The position numbers and the translations under genes were made by a program. DNA of 64,000 bases from Lepidodermella squamata (lineage: Eukaryota; Animalia; Gastrotricha): contig JBLDXI010000026.1 of NCBI GenBank assembly GCA_047495785.1, positions 1,422,532 through 1,486,531 of the forward strand, in the 5' to 3' direction. How positions within the stretch are numbered: position 1 is the stretch's first letter; each line of letters begins with the position of its first letter. Below are positions 11,201 to 24,765 of the stretch, piece after piece. The notes under the pieces are model-generated. The model made no database searches. It worked only from the letters and a program-made list of their open reading frames with translations, and had not been told where the DNA came from.

Positions 11201-14200
11201 TCATAGGCGAGAAGCAGGTGCCTGTATTCATCCAATTGTGGAAGAAGAAGCAGTCTTCGTCCGAAATGTTATCCATCACCTCGGTTTCAAGGAAGCTCAT
11301 TAAGGAGGATACAAACACACTGTTAACTTCTAGCATCTCAGCAAAACAAGTCCGGCATCGGCATAACGCGAGAGATGAGTTCTTATCAGCAACAGCCATT
11401 CGCTTCAAGAAACTACTCGGCGTACCTTTCGACCCAGTCCACGGCCCGCTGAACTGCGGCAGCCGGGCGATGTGAGCGACAAACGGCACAGGTGGACTGG
11501 CGACAGAACACATTTTCTGGATGAGCCGGATCAAAGCTGGTTCAGGGCCTCTCGACGCGCTGTCATTCTTCGAGAATTTGATGATTGCTTTTAAGGAGGC
11601 GTTGCTTGATAATAATTCGCGCTCGTCATCTCGCAACATCCCGCAGCCGTAGGAGGCATAGCGGCGATTGACGACCGCCGAATAGCCGCAGCTACACTCA
11701 GCAATCGGACCAGGCCATGGGTTATCCGACGCGTCTCCACTATTTGACGCGTCCTCACCGTCACCGCCCGACCTCAAATAGGCCGGCCAATCAACGCCCC
11801 GCATCGGGCTATTCGAGCAAGCGCAGATCGGGGCCATGTCGAAGTTCACATCCCTTTGAATATCTAAGACGGTATCTGATATTTGAACGAGTAGCGTCAC
11901 TAGGTTTTCAGGCGTTATGCATTCGAAATTTTTCGGCGAGTCGTACAAACCGTCGACGGTAGGCTCGGGCGATTTTGCGACATCCAGCCCGTTCAACGAG
12001 TTTAGGAATGAAAACGGCGACATAGGCTGGTCGAGTTGCATGTGATGCTCCTGTTGCGGTTGAATTTGCTTCATCGGCGTGCCGTGCAGCGATTTCGGCT
12101 CGTGGCGGAGAGATTTCAGTGAAATTAAGGTGGATGAGCTGCCGAGGCTGATCATTTCATCCGTGTTCGACGAAATAACCGCCAATTGAGATAGTGGCCG
12201 ATACCTTTCGCCCTCGACAAAAGCACACGATGTTTCGGGGTGGAAAACTGTCTCGCAGGCTGAGAATGGGTCTTCGAGGCCGAGTTGCGACAAGCCAGCC
12301 TGTGATGTCGCGGTCGAGCTGACGAGTTGTGACGATAGTTGCACGTTCTGCGCCAATTGCTCGGTTTCAGCCGCCGCGGCTGGGGTGAGGCCGCGTAAAC
12401 TCGGCGGCGCGTTCGTTTCGACCGAAGTTGGCGGGGTTGGGAAGTGCGAGTCGAGAGAATTCGGGGCGGTGCTACCGTTACCCTGTCCGTTGCCTAGACT
12501 CGGCGAGTTGTCTTGCCCATCCGAGCCGTCTGAGTCGACGTCGAAGATGTTGTCCGGCAACTCTGCGCCTAGGCGGTTGTTATTTCCGCCCAGTGTCGCT
12601 AGAATGTCGAGGGTGTTTGCGTTTTCGCCCCGGTTCCGCTCAACACTGAGCGGCTCGCTCATGTCCGGGCTGTCGAGCAGCACAGCGAGGGTCGAGGGCT
12701 GTTGATGGTGTTTCGAATGGTGGTGGTGGGAATGTTGGTTATGTTGGCTATCGTGCCGCGACGAATGCTGATGTTGGTCACTTGAGTTACTGTGCGTCTT
12801 GACAGGTGACAACTCCGCCATGCATGACAGCGAGTCGAAGCCGAACAGGGAAACGAGATCATCGGCTCCATTCTTCGAGTTGCCAGCACCCTTTGTGAAC
12901 GCACTAGAAAAAAAACAGGTAAAAGAATTGATCGAGGTGGTCATAATAACGTTGGACTATAAAAAATCCTCCTTAAAATATCAACTAAATTGGAGAATTT
13001 TAAATTTAGCCATTAGGGTCTACTAAATGTATAACCTTTTTTATGGTTTTGATCCTCCATTTCAAAATCCATAGGAATTTATTAGAATTTCGGAGATTCG
13101 AAGGCATTTCTTTCTGTAATTTAATTTGAATTTTCAGTGTCCCATTTTTCGAGTTTTCCAGGCAATTTATCGAGAATCCCTTGGGTAACTGGCTTGGTAA
13201 TTATTGGTATTATACCCCGTCAGACCAAATTTCTCCGGATTTAGTAATGCTGTTGTCAAGTTTTATAGCGAATTACCCTGCTTATGAGATCCGATTTTTT
13301 TGAGCAATAATATTGCAAAATGCTTCTCATTCCACTTCCGTGATGCTGGGCTAATAATAGGACACGTGTACAAAATACTACACATTTTTATGTTTAATCG
13401 ATCGATTTAGGTCATAATTTATAGATGAAAAATCTTACGTTGATACGACGTATGCTGCGTCGTTGTGATAGCTGGCGTTTTGTTGGAACGTTTTGCCAGC
13501 ATGCTTAGTAGAGAATGACGAAGTCGCACGTTGCAGCATGTCACGCTCGTGAGAAGATGGCCAGATCTTGCGAGGCACGACTTCGTGGCTGGGCAGGCCC
13601 GTCGGAGAGACTTGTCCCGCCACCCCTGTCCCCGCCGTCGCTGGGTTCGATGGCGCCGCTGTTGTTGTCACTACAGACGGCGTCGTGAGGGTAGCCGTCG
13701 CAGACGATGACATCTGCTCAGGCACAGGCGTCGGTTTCTGCTCGGCGACGAGGGTTGCCTCCATTTTAGCCGAGATCGACCGGCTGTCGTCGTTGTTGTG
13801 GGCGGTTTGGTCGTTGCCGGTCGACGGCAAGACGGCGAGGGGTGCGACTGATAGTGGCGGAAATAGCACCGACATTTCGTCATTCGTCTGTGTAGTCAGA
13901 CCGAGCAACGGCGATGGTACGGTTTCCTCGGCCTTCAAATGGCACGAGCGGTGGAACGAGGGACGCCTGAAAAATATTCAAAAAATGCAATTCATTGCTT
14001 CGAAAAATGACTCATTTCTTCTTGATTCTAACAATAACAATAAATTTCATCCATCACCATGGCAGCTTTTAATGTAAAGGAACATCAAAGATGAGCCGTT
14101 AATTTGAGAAAAATTGTTTCAAAATGCCAAAAATTAGGCAATATTTTTGAATTCATCAAATTTGGATCCCCTACAAAGTAAAAGGCTCCAAGTCATGAAA

Positions 14201-17200
14201 AACGCAAAAATATGGTGCACAAAACAGGCAATAATAACCAAGTCTAATTTTTCATCTTCGGGTTTCAACTTCATGTACTTTTTCCGGTTTTGACCCTGCC
14301 AAACAATTCACTATCCTGTGTTTTCCATAAACTTCACAATTTTAAATCGAGTTAACAACCATGCAACACAATAAATTTAGATATTTAAAAGTTGTGATCG
14401 CAAAAATAAAAATAAAATAAATTAATATCATATTCTGCGTGATTTTATGCTCAGGCCCTCATCATAACCCAACTCTCGGGCTAGTCCATTGAGTGAAACT
14501 GAGTTTGTCTCCTTTTTCTGCTTTGCTGGGGACCCCCGAAATTTGCAGAAGATTCAGAAATCAACTATCCCGATTAGGTATAAACTTTCTTATTTAACGC
14601 TGATATTCAATCCTAAGATAAATTATTGTTTTCCACAGCTAACTTGCATACGGTAGTTCTCAGTCATTAATACTTGGGTTTCCAGTATTGAATCAACGTC
14701 ATCAAAAAATTTCATCTCCACCGCTGTAATTAACACTAAAAATTAATTGACTAATTATGGCTTTTGAATAATTTTTAATCCAATTAAAAGTTCGTAAGTA
14801 GGTCAAACGCCGCTTAAGCCTAGCACGTGAAAATAATTTCATCATGTTATTGTAGCCTAATGTTCACAGTCATGTATTAACACGTGGTTTGCGTTAAACG
14901 CCGGCTTATCATATAATCTGCTAACTTCTTCAAAGGAGCACAAAAGTGCTCGTATTACCAAGCATAAAAAATGATGAAATACTACGTCAGCTTTGACGTT
15001 CACTTACTTTGCGGCTGAATGAGAAGCAGCCGAAGTGTTTGAGCGCTTGCCGGTAAGAGAAAGCGAACAGGCGCAGTTAGGCGAGGGCAGGACGCTAGGG
15101 TGCGTCGCTATATCACTGCCCGACGACATCAAATCCAAAATGTTGATACCAAGCGGTTGTTGGCTGTGGTTTTCACACGATCCCGCCGAAATAGACCCCT
15201 TCGGCGTATTCGGAACGCGCCGTTGTTGCGGCGAAGAAGTAGCCGTCGGTTGGCATGACTCTGACTGGTCAACAGGTACTGGCTTGCCGTCGTCGACAAC
15301 CAGCAGCGAATGCGTCGGGTACCACGTGTGCACCGCACCGCCTGCTATCGCCACTTCCACAACAGATGGCAGACCACTCTCCGAGTGGCTAGGTACTACA
15401 GGGCACGTGTGGGAGAACAGGCTCAAGAACTCGCTGGCCTCGCTGCCAGTCAACGCGCGTCCCGTTAAATGGCCGGAAAGACCGAATGGGCACAGAATGA
15501 CGTTTGTTTTTTCGTTGCCACTGCTGAGGTGGCGCGTCGACAGGCGGGCAAGGGGCGGCCGGCGGCGGGCGTTGACGAAAGCGCACAGTTGCCGGCCGTC
15601 GCCGTGCACGAAGTAGTTGAGCGTGAATGCGATCGCGCAGGGCGCTTTCTGCTGGCCGTCGGCGTTTGACGTCGTCGTGCCCGTATTGCCACTGTACTCG
15701 CCCGGGCTGGTAGCGCGGACGAAATAACGGCCCACTCGGTGGTAGCCGCCTCGCGCCAATTGCGCTTGAACCAAACAATTGGTCGCTTTCATGAGCAAAC
15801 AGCGAACAGCGTAACTGAAATGAGAAAAAGTTCAAATATACTTCACCATTTCATAGAAAATATGTCAAAATTTATCATTTATAGAAAATATCAAGTAGCT
15901 GAGCTTAAATTTCAAGTCTAAGCTAGTTTTGAGATTATGAAAAATCAATCGCCCCAAGAGGTATATTCAATTTTCGAAAAATAATGGGGTCTTAGACTTG
16001 AACAGACAAATTTCAAAAATATAAAGGGCATCGAAAAACAATTGTAGGGAATTTTTCAGGATTTATGACTTATTTTGCGAGACATAAATTCATAAGAATT
16101 GGCCACGATTCGACAACTGATCTAATTCTCAACGGGCCAAAATTAAGTTACCCTAAAATGCACTTCCAAAACGTTCGGAAATTTCACGATGAAGCAACAC
16201 GAATTCAAATAAATAACTTTAAATTCTGCATCAGTTCCTATACAAAGTCTCATCATTATTTTGAGGGCAGGATTTCTCGCAATTATTGGAAAAATGACTT
16301 TCGAAATGACTTGAGATGAAAGATGAAATTTGGATGCTTCTCATTAGAATTACAAAGAAAGCTGCTCAACCTTATTTTTTGCAAAGAATTTCGGAAAATT
16401 AAGCAAAATAGTAAAATACACAACCTCCGTTTGAGATTTTCACCTTATCATGAAAATTCACTAATAAAGAAAAATACTTTAACCCGCAGCAAATTCATAC
16501 TCTTTTCCGCAGCAAATTTCTTTATTTTCTTTCCAGCATCTCCAATTTTTCTCCAAATCTTGGGATTCTCACTTATTCTGATAGAGGAGGATTAGGGCTG
16601 TCGAAAAAGCCCTAACTCATTAATAAAAGATTGACTAATTTGGGGATATGATGGAAAGTCCGAAGTCATCATACTTTTGTCTCACAAATCACACTATTGG
16701 TGAAACTTGAAAAGGGTTCGTTTGGCAACATTAGTGCCAATCGATAGCCCTCGAAACCCGCTATCAACTGGCGTCGTGCTTAGCTTCATAACAAACGTAA
16801 CCTGGCGTCCATGATTGAGTAAATGGAAATTTGCTGCGGCCAAAAGTACCGTCCCTAATAAACTATCTAATTCTTTTCAAGGAAACCACGAGATCCAACT
16901 TAAATTTGAGTATTCAAGGTATAACAAACCTCATTCCTCTATCCCAGCAGCCCTCCTCCGCAACTTTGCAGTTTGGTACAGAAGACAAAATCGTCGACAA
17001 AGTAGCAGGTAACTCAAGTTGAGGCGCATTGCTGCCACTTATCGAATTCATATTCGCATGAGAGTTGCTCTTCGAATTCTGGCCAGGCGGAGGCGTCGCC
17101 TGCTGCCAAAACACGTACAAATCCATTTGCTGATCATGCCCGCCAAAATGCGGGCTCTGCGTTCCAGATTTCGACGACCGATGCAGAACAGTACAGGCAT

Positions 17201-17429
17201 AGCCCGCTTCAATAGTTCGAGCGTACGCTGTTAACAAAGCATTTTGCTGACTCGGATTTTTAGATAGGCCATATCCGATGGGTGTTAAGGTATACCGCCG
17301 CCAGCATAGACCTTCGAGGTCTTGTAAAACGATGACGTTGGTGCGAGTCGACTCGAGGAAGGCACTGCTGCCGGACGATGAGCCGAAGCCGCCAGCCGCG
17401 CCTCCGATTGGCAAGTTAGTCGACGACAT
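8246..17429 (-). CDS. MED13: Mediator kinase-module subunit 13 (5 coding exons)
   Basis: N-terminal LESTRTNVIVLQDLEGLCWRRY and GMSYAVRCLLMKA; FPTPPTS; RDVNFD..CAC..CSCGYSAVVNRR; LTRLGRLGHGEVRTWS; C-terminal [41 protein letters not shown] (last exon to stop at 8246). Confidence 0.93.
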
Positions 17430-17751
17430 ACTTGCTCGGGCGGCTAATGCAAACCAGGTAAGGCGCGAAACTCACGTGATCCCGCCGTTTCACTTAATTA
17501 TCATTCAAATAATTCAAAACTAGACAAAAATAGAATATTTCAGTCTTTTCAATCTGTTTTTCAAAACTAAATATTTTTCCAGGTCAAAAGTGGTCATCAT
17601 CAGAGATAAGCTCAACAACAGATTTATGCTGTAAAAACCTAATAAGGCTTACCTCTGACGATCACTTGAATAAACTAATTTAGATTAAAAATTATGGAGC
17701 AATATTTCGTACAATCACATTCAAACTCAACAACCCAATTTTTCAGTTCTA

Positions 17752-18539
17752 TCACGAGGTATTTTGCAAATCGTCGAGTCGCATCGATCGATTACTAGGA
17801 ATGCAGGCCAACATTCGAACTGGGTACAGTTCGCTCGGAAAATGCGGCTGAGTTGCGCTTTTGATTACTGTAAAGCCGGCGCGTTTGAGCAAGAAAATCA
17901 CAGCAGGTTCAGGCCTGGTCAATCGAAATTCATAATTAGAAAATAACGAGAGATTAAAACAATATACCTGCACACTGATCCGTCAGATTCATCGAAATCA
18001 CTCTGAGATGAGCCCTTCTTAAAATTGTCTTTTATGACCAGCACTCCGTCTTCGGTCATTCCTTTCTTACATCGCTCGAAGAATGACGTTAGATCCGTGT
18101 CGGTTAAATACCCGATCACCCATTGAATCCAAACTACGTTGTAAGGCCCAGACGCTGCCGGGGTGAAATCTTGAAGGCCTTTCGCAAAATATTGCCCGAC
18201 TTTTTTACTCAATTCCGGGCCGATAAAACCAGGCGCTGCTGCGAGAAATTTCTCATTTTGCTCAACTAGATCAACTTTTTCGAATAGCGGCAGTAAAACT
18301 TCCCGAGAAACTCGGCCTATACCAGCCCCACAATCCAGGGCACGAATAGGTTTCGTCAACGATTTTGGCCCCGAAATTAGCGGCGCGATGAAGTCTGTCG
18401 AGGATTTCGCGTCTGATGCTGACAGATGGCCGTAACCTTGCAACATTCCTTCCACGCTGGGATCGACAGCCATCCAAAACTTTAAATTAGCCTTGTACCG
18501 CTGCAATCGCGACGAGGCAGCAGCGCCAGAAGACGACAT
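17752..18539 (-). CDS. NTMT1: Alpha-N-terminal protein methyltransferase 1 (2 exons)
   Basis: VEGMLQGYGHLS, ALDCGAGIGRV, VWIQWVIGYLTD, IKDN, DESDGSVCR, FPSELYPVRM motifs. Confidence 0.95.
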
Positions 18540-18597
18540 ATTTTTTGATAAAACTCTATGAAAAATCGAGAAATCTTAGCGAAAATAAATCAAAATA

Positions 18598-20321
18598 TTA
18601 TTTCGTTTTGGTCTGCAAAATGCGCTTAGTCGGGTCGAAAATATATCGCTTGAATGGCAATGTAACGTTAATAGCAACTGCTGGGGCATCAGCGGAATCA
18701 TTGTTATCACCTGGTCCGCCCTTTTTCTTCGCAACTTTTTGACTGAGCAAAGCGAACGTTTCGTCTTTCAATCCGTCCGGAATTCTTAACTTAACCTTCC
18801 CACTTTGACCGAAAGCGCCTTCGATGACCGCTTTCTCGCCGGTCGATAGCTCGGCCCGCATACCTTCGAAATTGCTGATATTCGTGTCTTTTTTGAACAA
18901 CGAGCGAACAATAACAGTATATTTGTCTTGAGCACGTTCAACGACGCCTTGTTTACATTTTTCGCGGAAAACTTTGAGAGACGGCAGAGAATTTTGTTTG
19001 TAATTCGTGTCACTCAGTGGATGGACCATAAACGCGGAAAAGGCAAGTCGGCACTGACGAGTTTCGGGTTCTGTGTCCAATTTCGCGCCAACAGCCATGC
19101 AATCTGGCGGGAAAACCACAGGGCGTTCGAACTCGAGCAATGCAAACCACGATTTTAGATCATTCTGCTTATCCTCCGCATTTTCCGGCACGGGGTAATC
19201 GGCTTCGTACTGGTACTCCGATGCAAAGTCGAATTTCGCACCGGCTGGTCCGGAAAAAATAGTCAACGTAGCTAGCGTTGTTTCATAAGCAACAGTAACG
19301 TGGAGTCGAGATTTGGAGACCAAGTCGCCTTTGTAGTATTTGATCCTAGAAATCGAGGCAATCGCCGCGTGGCATTGAGAAAGCGTTCCAGGGGTCGAAA
19401 GTAAAGCTCGTTCAACAAGCTCAGCATCGAGACCGGCGACACAAATGCCAACTCGATCGCCCTGTTTCGCAATTTGAACGGGTCGACGGAAAACTTGCAT
19501 AGATTTGACTTTTTTCGTTAAACCATGCGGGACGATTTCGATTGTGTCTCCGATGCTTACCTTGCCGGTCAAAATTGTACAAGTTAGTACTGTCCCGTGG
19601 CCTCGCACTTGAAAGCAATGATCGACGGCAGCCACTAGGGTACCAGTATCCGCGGCATTTCGACTGCGAGGATTAACATTCTCAACAATTGCAGTCATAA
19701 CATCGCCAACATTAGTGTTCTATTGCATCAAAAATTACCTCAAAATTGAGCATAGAATACGAATATTACCGCAGGGTCGGTAGGAGCCGCTGAGCTTGTG
19801 ACAATCGGAGCTTTCGCAAACTTGGAATCTTCTAGCAATTTCCACACCCTCTGTTTCATTTTTTCCACCTTTTGACTTCTTTCCTCGGCCGGAAATTGGT
19901 CAACTTTGTTGAGCACAACCACAATTTGAGGACAGAAAATATCTGCGATGAGTAAACACTCCGCCGTTTGAGTCTGAAAGCCCTTGGTGACGTCGACGAC
20001 TAGCAGAACGAGATCGATTATGTGAGCACCGCCGATCACAGTTCGAATGAGAGAAGCGTGGCCAGGACAGTCGACGAAGGTAAGTTGAACTTGAGAGCAA
20101 TCTTCGCCGTAAATTGCCCGTAAACGATCAGGAGCATTGACTACTGCTGAAGAGAACCCCAAATCCAAGGTGATTCCACGCTCTTGACTCTGGGGATTTT
20201 TGTCGAAAGCAGCGGTGCTGGCAACGATAGACATGGCACGAGCTAAAGCCGTCTTGCCACTGTCAACATGGCCCATCAACCCAATGTTAATGTTGGGGAG
20301 GTTCGCTTTAATGTCTGCCAT
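18598..20321 (-). CDS. EEFSEC: Selenocysteine-specific elongation factor (eEFSec/SelB), 2 exons
   Basis: NIGLMGHVDSGKT, STAAFDKNPQSQERGITLDLGFS, VDCPGHASLIRTVIGGAHIID, QTQTAECL, VDHCFQVRGHGTV, C-terminal GAFGQSGK and FKRYIFD. Confidence 0.97.
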
Positions 20322-20543
20322 TCGGGTTTAATAAATATCTAGAAACAGAAAACACCGTGTTATATTCACGCATCTTTAGACTATTTCTAGGCAAAGATAT
20401 CTGTAAATACATACATAAGAGAACACAGGATCGAAATGCATGTTTTGAGGAATCAAAAAAATCACAATCGTTCGCGATTATACTCATGTAGGCACCATGT
20501 AAGTAATTGCATGTCTCCTGCCACTAGCTAGGTTGAGCATAGT

Positions 20544-21334
20544 CTAGAATCCACCAGTCATTTGCTTGTCACGAGACTCAGTCCAAGCTTTAGCGATAGT
20601 TCGCTTCATTTCGTCGTCTCCGGACTCGTACATCTGCTTCATAATGGTCATCAAGCCATCTCCAGGCTCAGCGGCCTCATCAGGCTTAGCTTTAAGTTTG
20701 CCGTCTTGCTTCTCTTTAATTTGCTGCTCAGTCTGAGTAAGGTAAGCCCAGTTTTTGCTGTCCTTTTTGCGAAGCATGACCAACACCGAGTCTTTTTTCA
20801 GCTTAACGGAGCTTTCTTCCGTGTTAATATCGTGCAGCAAGTTCTTCATAGAGAACTCGTAGTTGTTGCCGTTGAGATTTGACAGGGAGACCACAATAGA
20901 GCGTTCAGTGAAGGTTGTTTTCACATCCCCGGCAGAAAGTGAGTCAGCACCGTTGACAGTCAAGTAAAGCTTGACAAATTTATCAGACTGATCCCAGGCG
21001 TAGTTCTTAATATCGTATGTTCGCTTGACAGCAGCCGCAGATGAATTGTCAGATGGTTTCAGAACAGCTCGGCGTTTCGATATTTGAGCCTCAAGATCTT
21101 TAACTAGGTCAATTAATTTAGCCTTTACATTGGGCCGGTTCGAACGGTCGATAAATTGCCGAAGTTCGTTGGCATCATCCAGAAGCTGCAATAATTGTAA
21201 ACAATAACCGGTCAGGTAATTATCAAACCGTAAGCTTTACTAAGTGATATTTCGCATATTAACGCCAGGAGGCAGTAAATGAAGAATTCTGTAGCAAGTT
21301 AAAAACTGACCTCGCGCAGTTCAACGTCCACCAT
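20544..21334 (-). CDS. CACYBP: Calcyclin-binding protein / Siah-interacting protein (2 exons)
   Basis: Exon 1 MVDVELRE; IKNYAWDQSDKFVKLY (CS domain); GLMTIMKQMYESGDDEMKRTIAKAWTESR (SGS domain). Confidence 0.95.
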
Positions 21335-22918
21335 GTTGAAAACTTGAAGGGGTAAATCTACGAATTAAAATCTAACTGCAACATTAAACATGAAGATAGT
21401 TTAGAAATTAGAAGGCAATCAGAAGGTGTAAAACCAGCAATGCATCTCAGTCTGAAATGAGGGCGTAAATATCTTGCACATAACCAGCAGCCAGCGAAAG
21501 TCAAAAATCGGTTGTTCAAGGCTCTGTCCAAGTGTGCTGAAGTCATAATTCCCAATTCAAATCTTAACAGCAAACCAGCACCAAAGAAGGCGGATCAAAG
21601 AAACAGGCAACTTCCAGGTGCAGTGAAGTCTGAAGTGCAACACTTCAAAAAGACACTGAATCCGCAAGGCGCCATATTTTTTTGATCATCTGCAATCATC
21701 CATCTCACACGTAAAGCGAAATGAGGATGATATCGGTGAATCGCAACGCGGAAGAAAAATGACCTAAAATTCTACGGGAAATCAAGGAAATGAAAGATCT
21801 TGCGGTGTGGTTAGTGGCTTACTACATAGGGGAACAGGCCGCGTACTATAAGGAGTTCGCTGTACACAACGCAAGCCAAGAACATCGTAAACCAAACATC
21901 GTAAATATTTTAGCGTTCGAACGCCCTTGATTTTCATGTATAACCGGTATTTCTGCGTTACTATGTAATATCAAAATAATTTGAAATTTTCTTAATACAC
22001 AAAATATCAAAATGAAAAATTGATTTTTCATTTATATTTAAGCAACTATTTTGCCGCATACATTATCAGATTTTCATCGAATTTGGCTTCGATCCAGGAT
22101 CCAGGCCTAGTAACCCAGTCCAAGTAGGCAATCATGATGCCTTTCCTTACGATTTCACGAAACTGCTATTGTTTTTCAACTTATCATGATATTTGGTTCA
22201 AAATCAAAGCGGATAGACAATTTCAACACGTGGCGATCCTTGCGAAAATAGCGAAATTTTTTTCAAAACGCAAATTTCCTGTTACGAATCCTCGTGGAAT
22301 CTCTTGGAATCTTTGGAATTTCTTCCATACCTGACATAACCTGGCATAACCAAAAATTCCGAAGTGAAAGGACAACTTTCTTAGTGGAGCCGGCGAATCC
22401 GCAATTTTCTGATTGGTATGGGTGATTTGAAATATGATTGGTCGGCTCAAATAGCAAGCGACACGTGCCATTTCAAATTTCTTCTGTGATCAGACTTTCT
22501 AAGAGATGTTACCAGCAATGAAATATAAAATATAGCGGTACACAACTCAGTCTCAGCACAGTCGGCAGTCGGTAGAGCTGATTTTTTGAATAGTGTCGTG
22601 GATCTTTATCAATCTTTTATCGAGGCAGCGGCGGATCGATAAATATCTTTAGCATATCGCGACTTCGGGGAAAATCCGTGTGTCACGCGATATCACCTGA
22701 CAAAGGCAGATCCGAAGCTAAATCCAAAGGATTAAAACAACGGGGGAAAGCATTTCAACTTGTGATGGCAAGGGAGACATAAGCGCTTCAACAAGCACCC
22801 CTCAGTAAAGCGTAAGGACTCATACAGCGTTACATACGGGCAGCAAGGGTTGATCGCTGATCCGCTCACCGTTTGGTAAATGCCAAATTGTGTTATACTA
22901 TTTTCAAACACCCGGCAA

Positions 22919-23282
22919 CCTCTGCCCTCACCGTTCGGGTCTGCCTTATATTCCGGTTCTGCCTCTATAATTACTTATTATGGAAAAACTGTAACTTTGG
23001 CAGCAAATGGGCAGAAAAAGTAGAGCTTCTAATGCTTTAATTGGTGCTTTAATTGGTGCCTCAGCTATACTCTTCTCCGTTTCTATTTGTCGATAAATTT
23101 ACGAAAATCTTGATTTTAGAGTATTCGCGTAAACAATTCTGGGATATTGATAAAAGGTATCTGCCTTCTATTTCGGTTCTGCCCTATATTGTTTCGACTG
23201 TCCTTCAAACACTGCCCTCTATTCAGGTTCTGCCCTTTATTTCGTTCCTGCCTCATATTTTGGTATTTACGCTTACGGTATA
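22919..23282. repeat. Degenerate ~18-nt repeats (consensus ~TTCGGTTCTGCCCTATAT), probable decayed MITE/DNA-transposon subterminal array
   Basis: Several imperfect copies at ~22920-22970 and ~23160-23260, ending in ...GGTATTTACGCTTACGGTA-TA. No matching left end identified. Confidence 0.45.
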
Positions 23283-24014
23283 TTCATTAATAATTTTGGT
23301 CATACCTAGGTCATCAGTATGGCTGATTTAAGCACGTCTCTCGCAAAATCTCAGCCCCCGGAGGAGTGTCCAAGAAATCCTTTTATTCCCGTATTGAAGC
23401 TTTCAAGTGAATTAACACAGTCACTCTCCCGGTATTGTCCCGCTAATGACTTTTCCCGCAACCCGGAGATTTAATTTAAATATGAGATTTAATTTGGGTC
23501 TAGCTCTTTGTTTGGGACAGTAAGTATATTATTATTATATATCAAATCATGTGGTTTTATATAACGGGAGCTGACGTTAGAAAGACTGAAAGAGCGTTTA
23601 TCCAAGTAGATTCGGTACCCAGCAACCTGAAGACTGAAAGTGACCTTTTCGCGAATAAAGGCCCTCCATTTTGTCAATGAGTTCAAACATTTTTCATTTT
23701 TAAATCATTAATTAATCATTTTTAATCATTAATCATGTGAGTATAAATGCTCAATTTTTTTAGGAAATTCTCAAGCTTTATTGCTAACAATTAATTTCAG
23801 GTATCATATTGGGTGTTGCAGTAATCCCACTCCACCTTGCCAATTGTCCTTTGCTACCCCTTATAGGTCTTGGGCGGGGTCCGCAAGTAAGCTTTCAACC
23901 AAATCATCGCATGTATGCTAAGAATATGTCCTGAAAACAAAGTCGACTGTGCTCGGTTTAGGCTGAAATAGGTTCTACGCCTTCCCAAATTTACCTTCAA
24001 AATTGATTCCCAAT

Positions 24015-24765
24015 TAAAGTATGCGCAAACTTTTTTTGCCTCGCTTTTTTTGAATAACTCCCTAACCACAATGAATTTTTCAATGCGATTTTCGCCAGTC
24101 GATAGATCTAGTCTGGGGTGATCTTTCCCTGAAGTTTCGTTAGAAAGGGGTTCGGGAGAAAAAATTGATGACGAAAATGCTGCCCGCGACTTTTATTAAA
24201 AATTCTCATTTTTGAAAAATAACATTTTAAAGGATTTGAGGCTGGATGGCATAATCCAGTGAAAAGGCTTTATCAGAAATTTTTCTTAGCTGGGAATTAG
24301 GTCAATAACGCACCGTCAACAGGGAAATTTGAATTAGCGCCCACTGAGAAGGTCTTATCCACCAACCGCGATCGGAAATGATTTTGCAGAATTTTTCATT
24401 GATCCACGCCAATTTTATGAAACCTCGAGTTTCGGACTACCGTGCAATGTTTTTTTCGGGAATCGGTGACTTGGATCCATTACGGACCATCTCTCAAAAT
24501 AAATTGAAGCCCCTGGCAAGACAGACAATCAACTCAGGCCACATCGGATGCAAAAATTTCATTTTTCAAAAATGGAAAAATTATGAAAAATGGCAAAACG
24601 CATTTCTTGCACAACTTTCTTGCGGTACATCTTTTGAAAACAAGCTCTTAGGGAATGATCAGACCACACCTGCTCTTTAATTTGCTGAAAACCGCGTCTT
24701 TGCATCACTCACGGTTTAAAAGTTATTCAAAAAAAGCGAGGCAAAAAAAGTTTGCGCATACTTTA
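24015..24765. mobile_element. Non-autonomous DNA transposon (MITE-like, ~750 bp) with perfect TIRs and TA flanks
   Basis: 24015-24059 (TAAAGTATGCGCAAACTTTTTTTGCCTCGCTTTTTTTGAATAACT) is the exact reverse complement of 24721-24765. TA at both ends fits a Tc1/mariner-type TSD. Degenerate inverted similarity continues inward. No transposase ORF. Confidence 0.88.

Noticed and set aside
8672-15921. Many + strand and alternative-frame ORFs over MED13
   Set aside because: Shadow ORFs of GC-rich coding exons with no recognisable motifs.
22919-23282. Short interspersed repeats as a CRISPR-like array
   Set aside because: Repeats are degenerate and adjacent without regular unique spacers; eukaryotic context with no cas genes.
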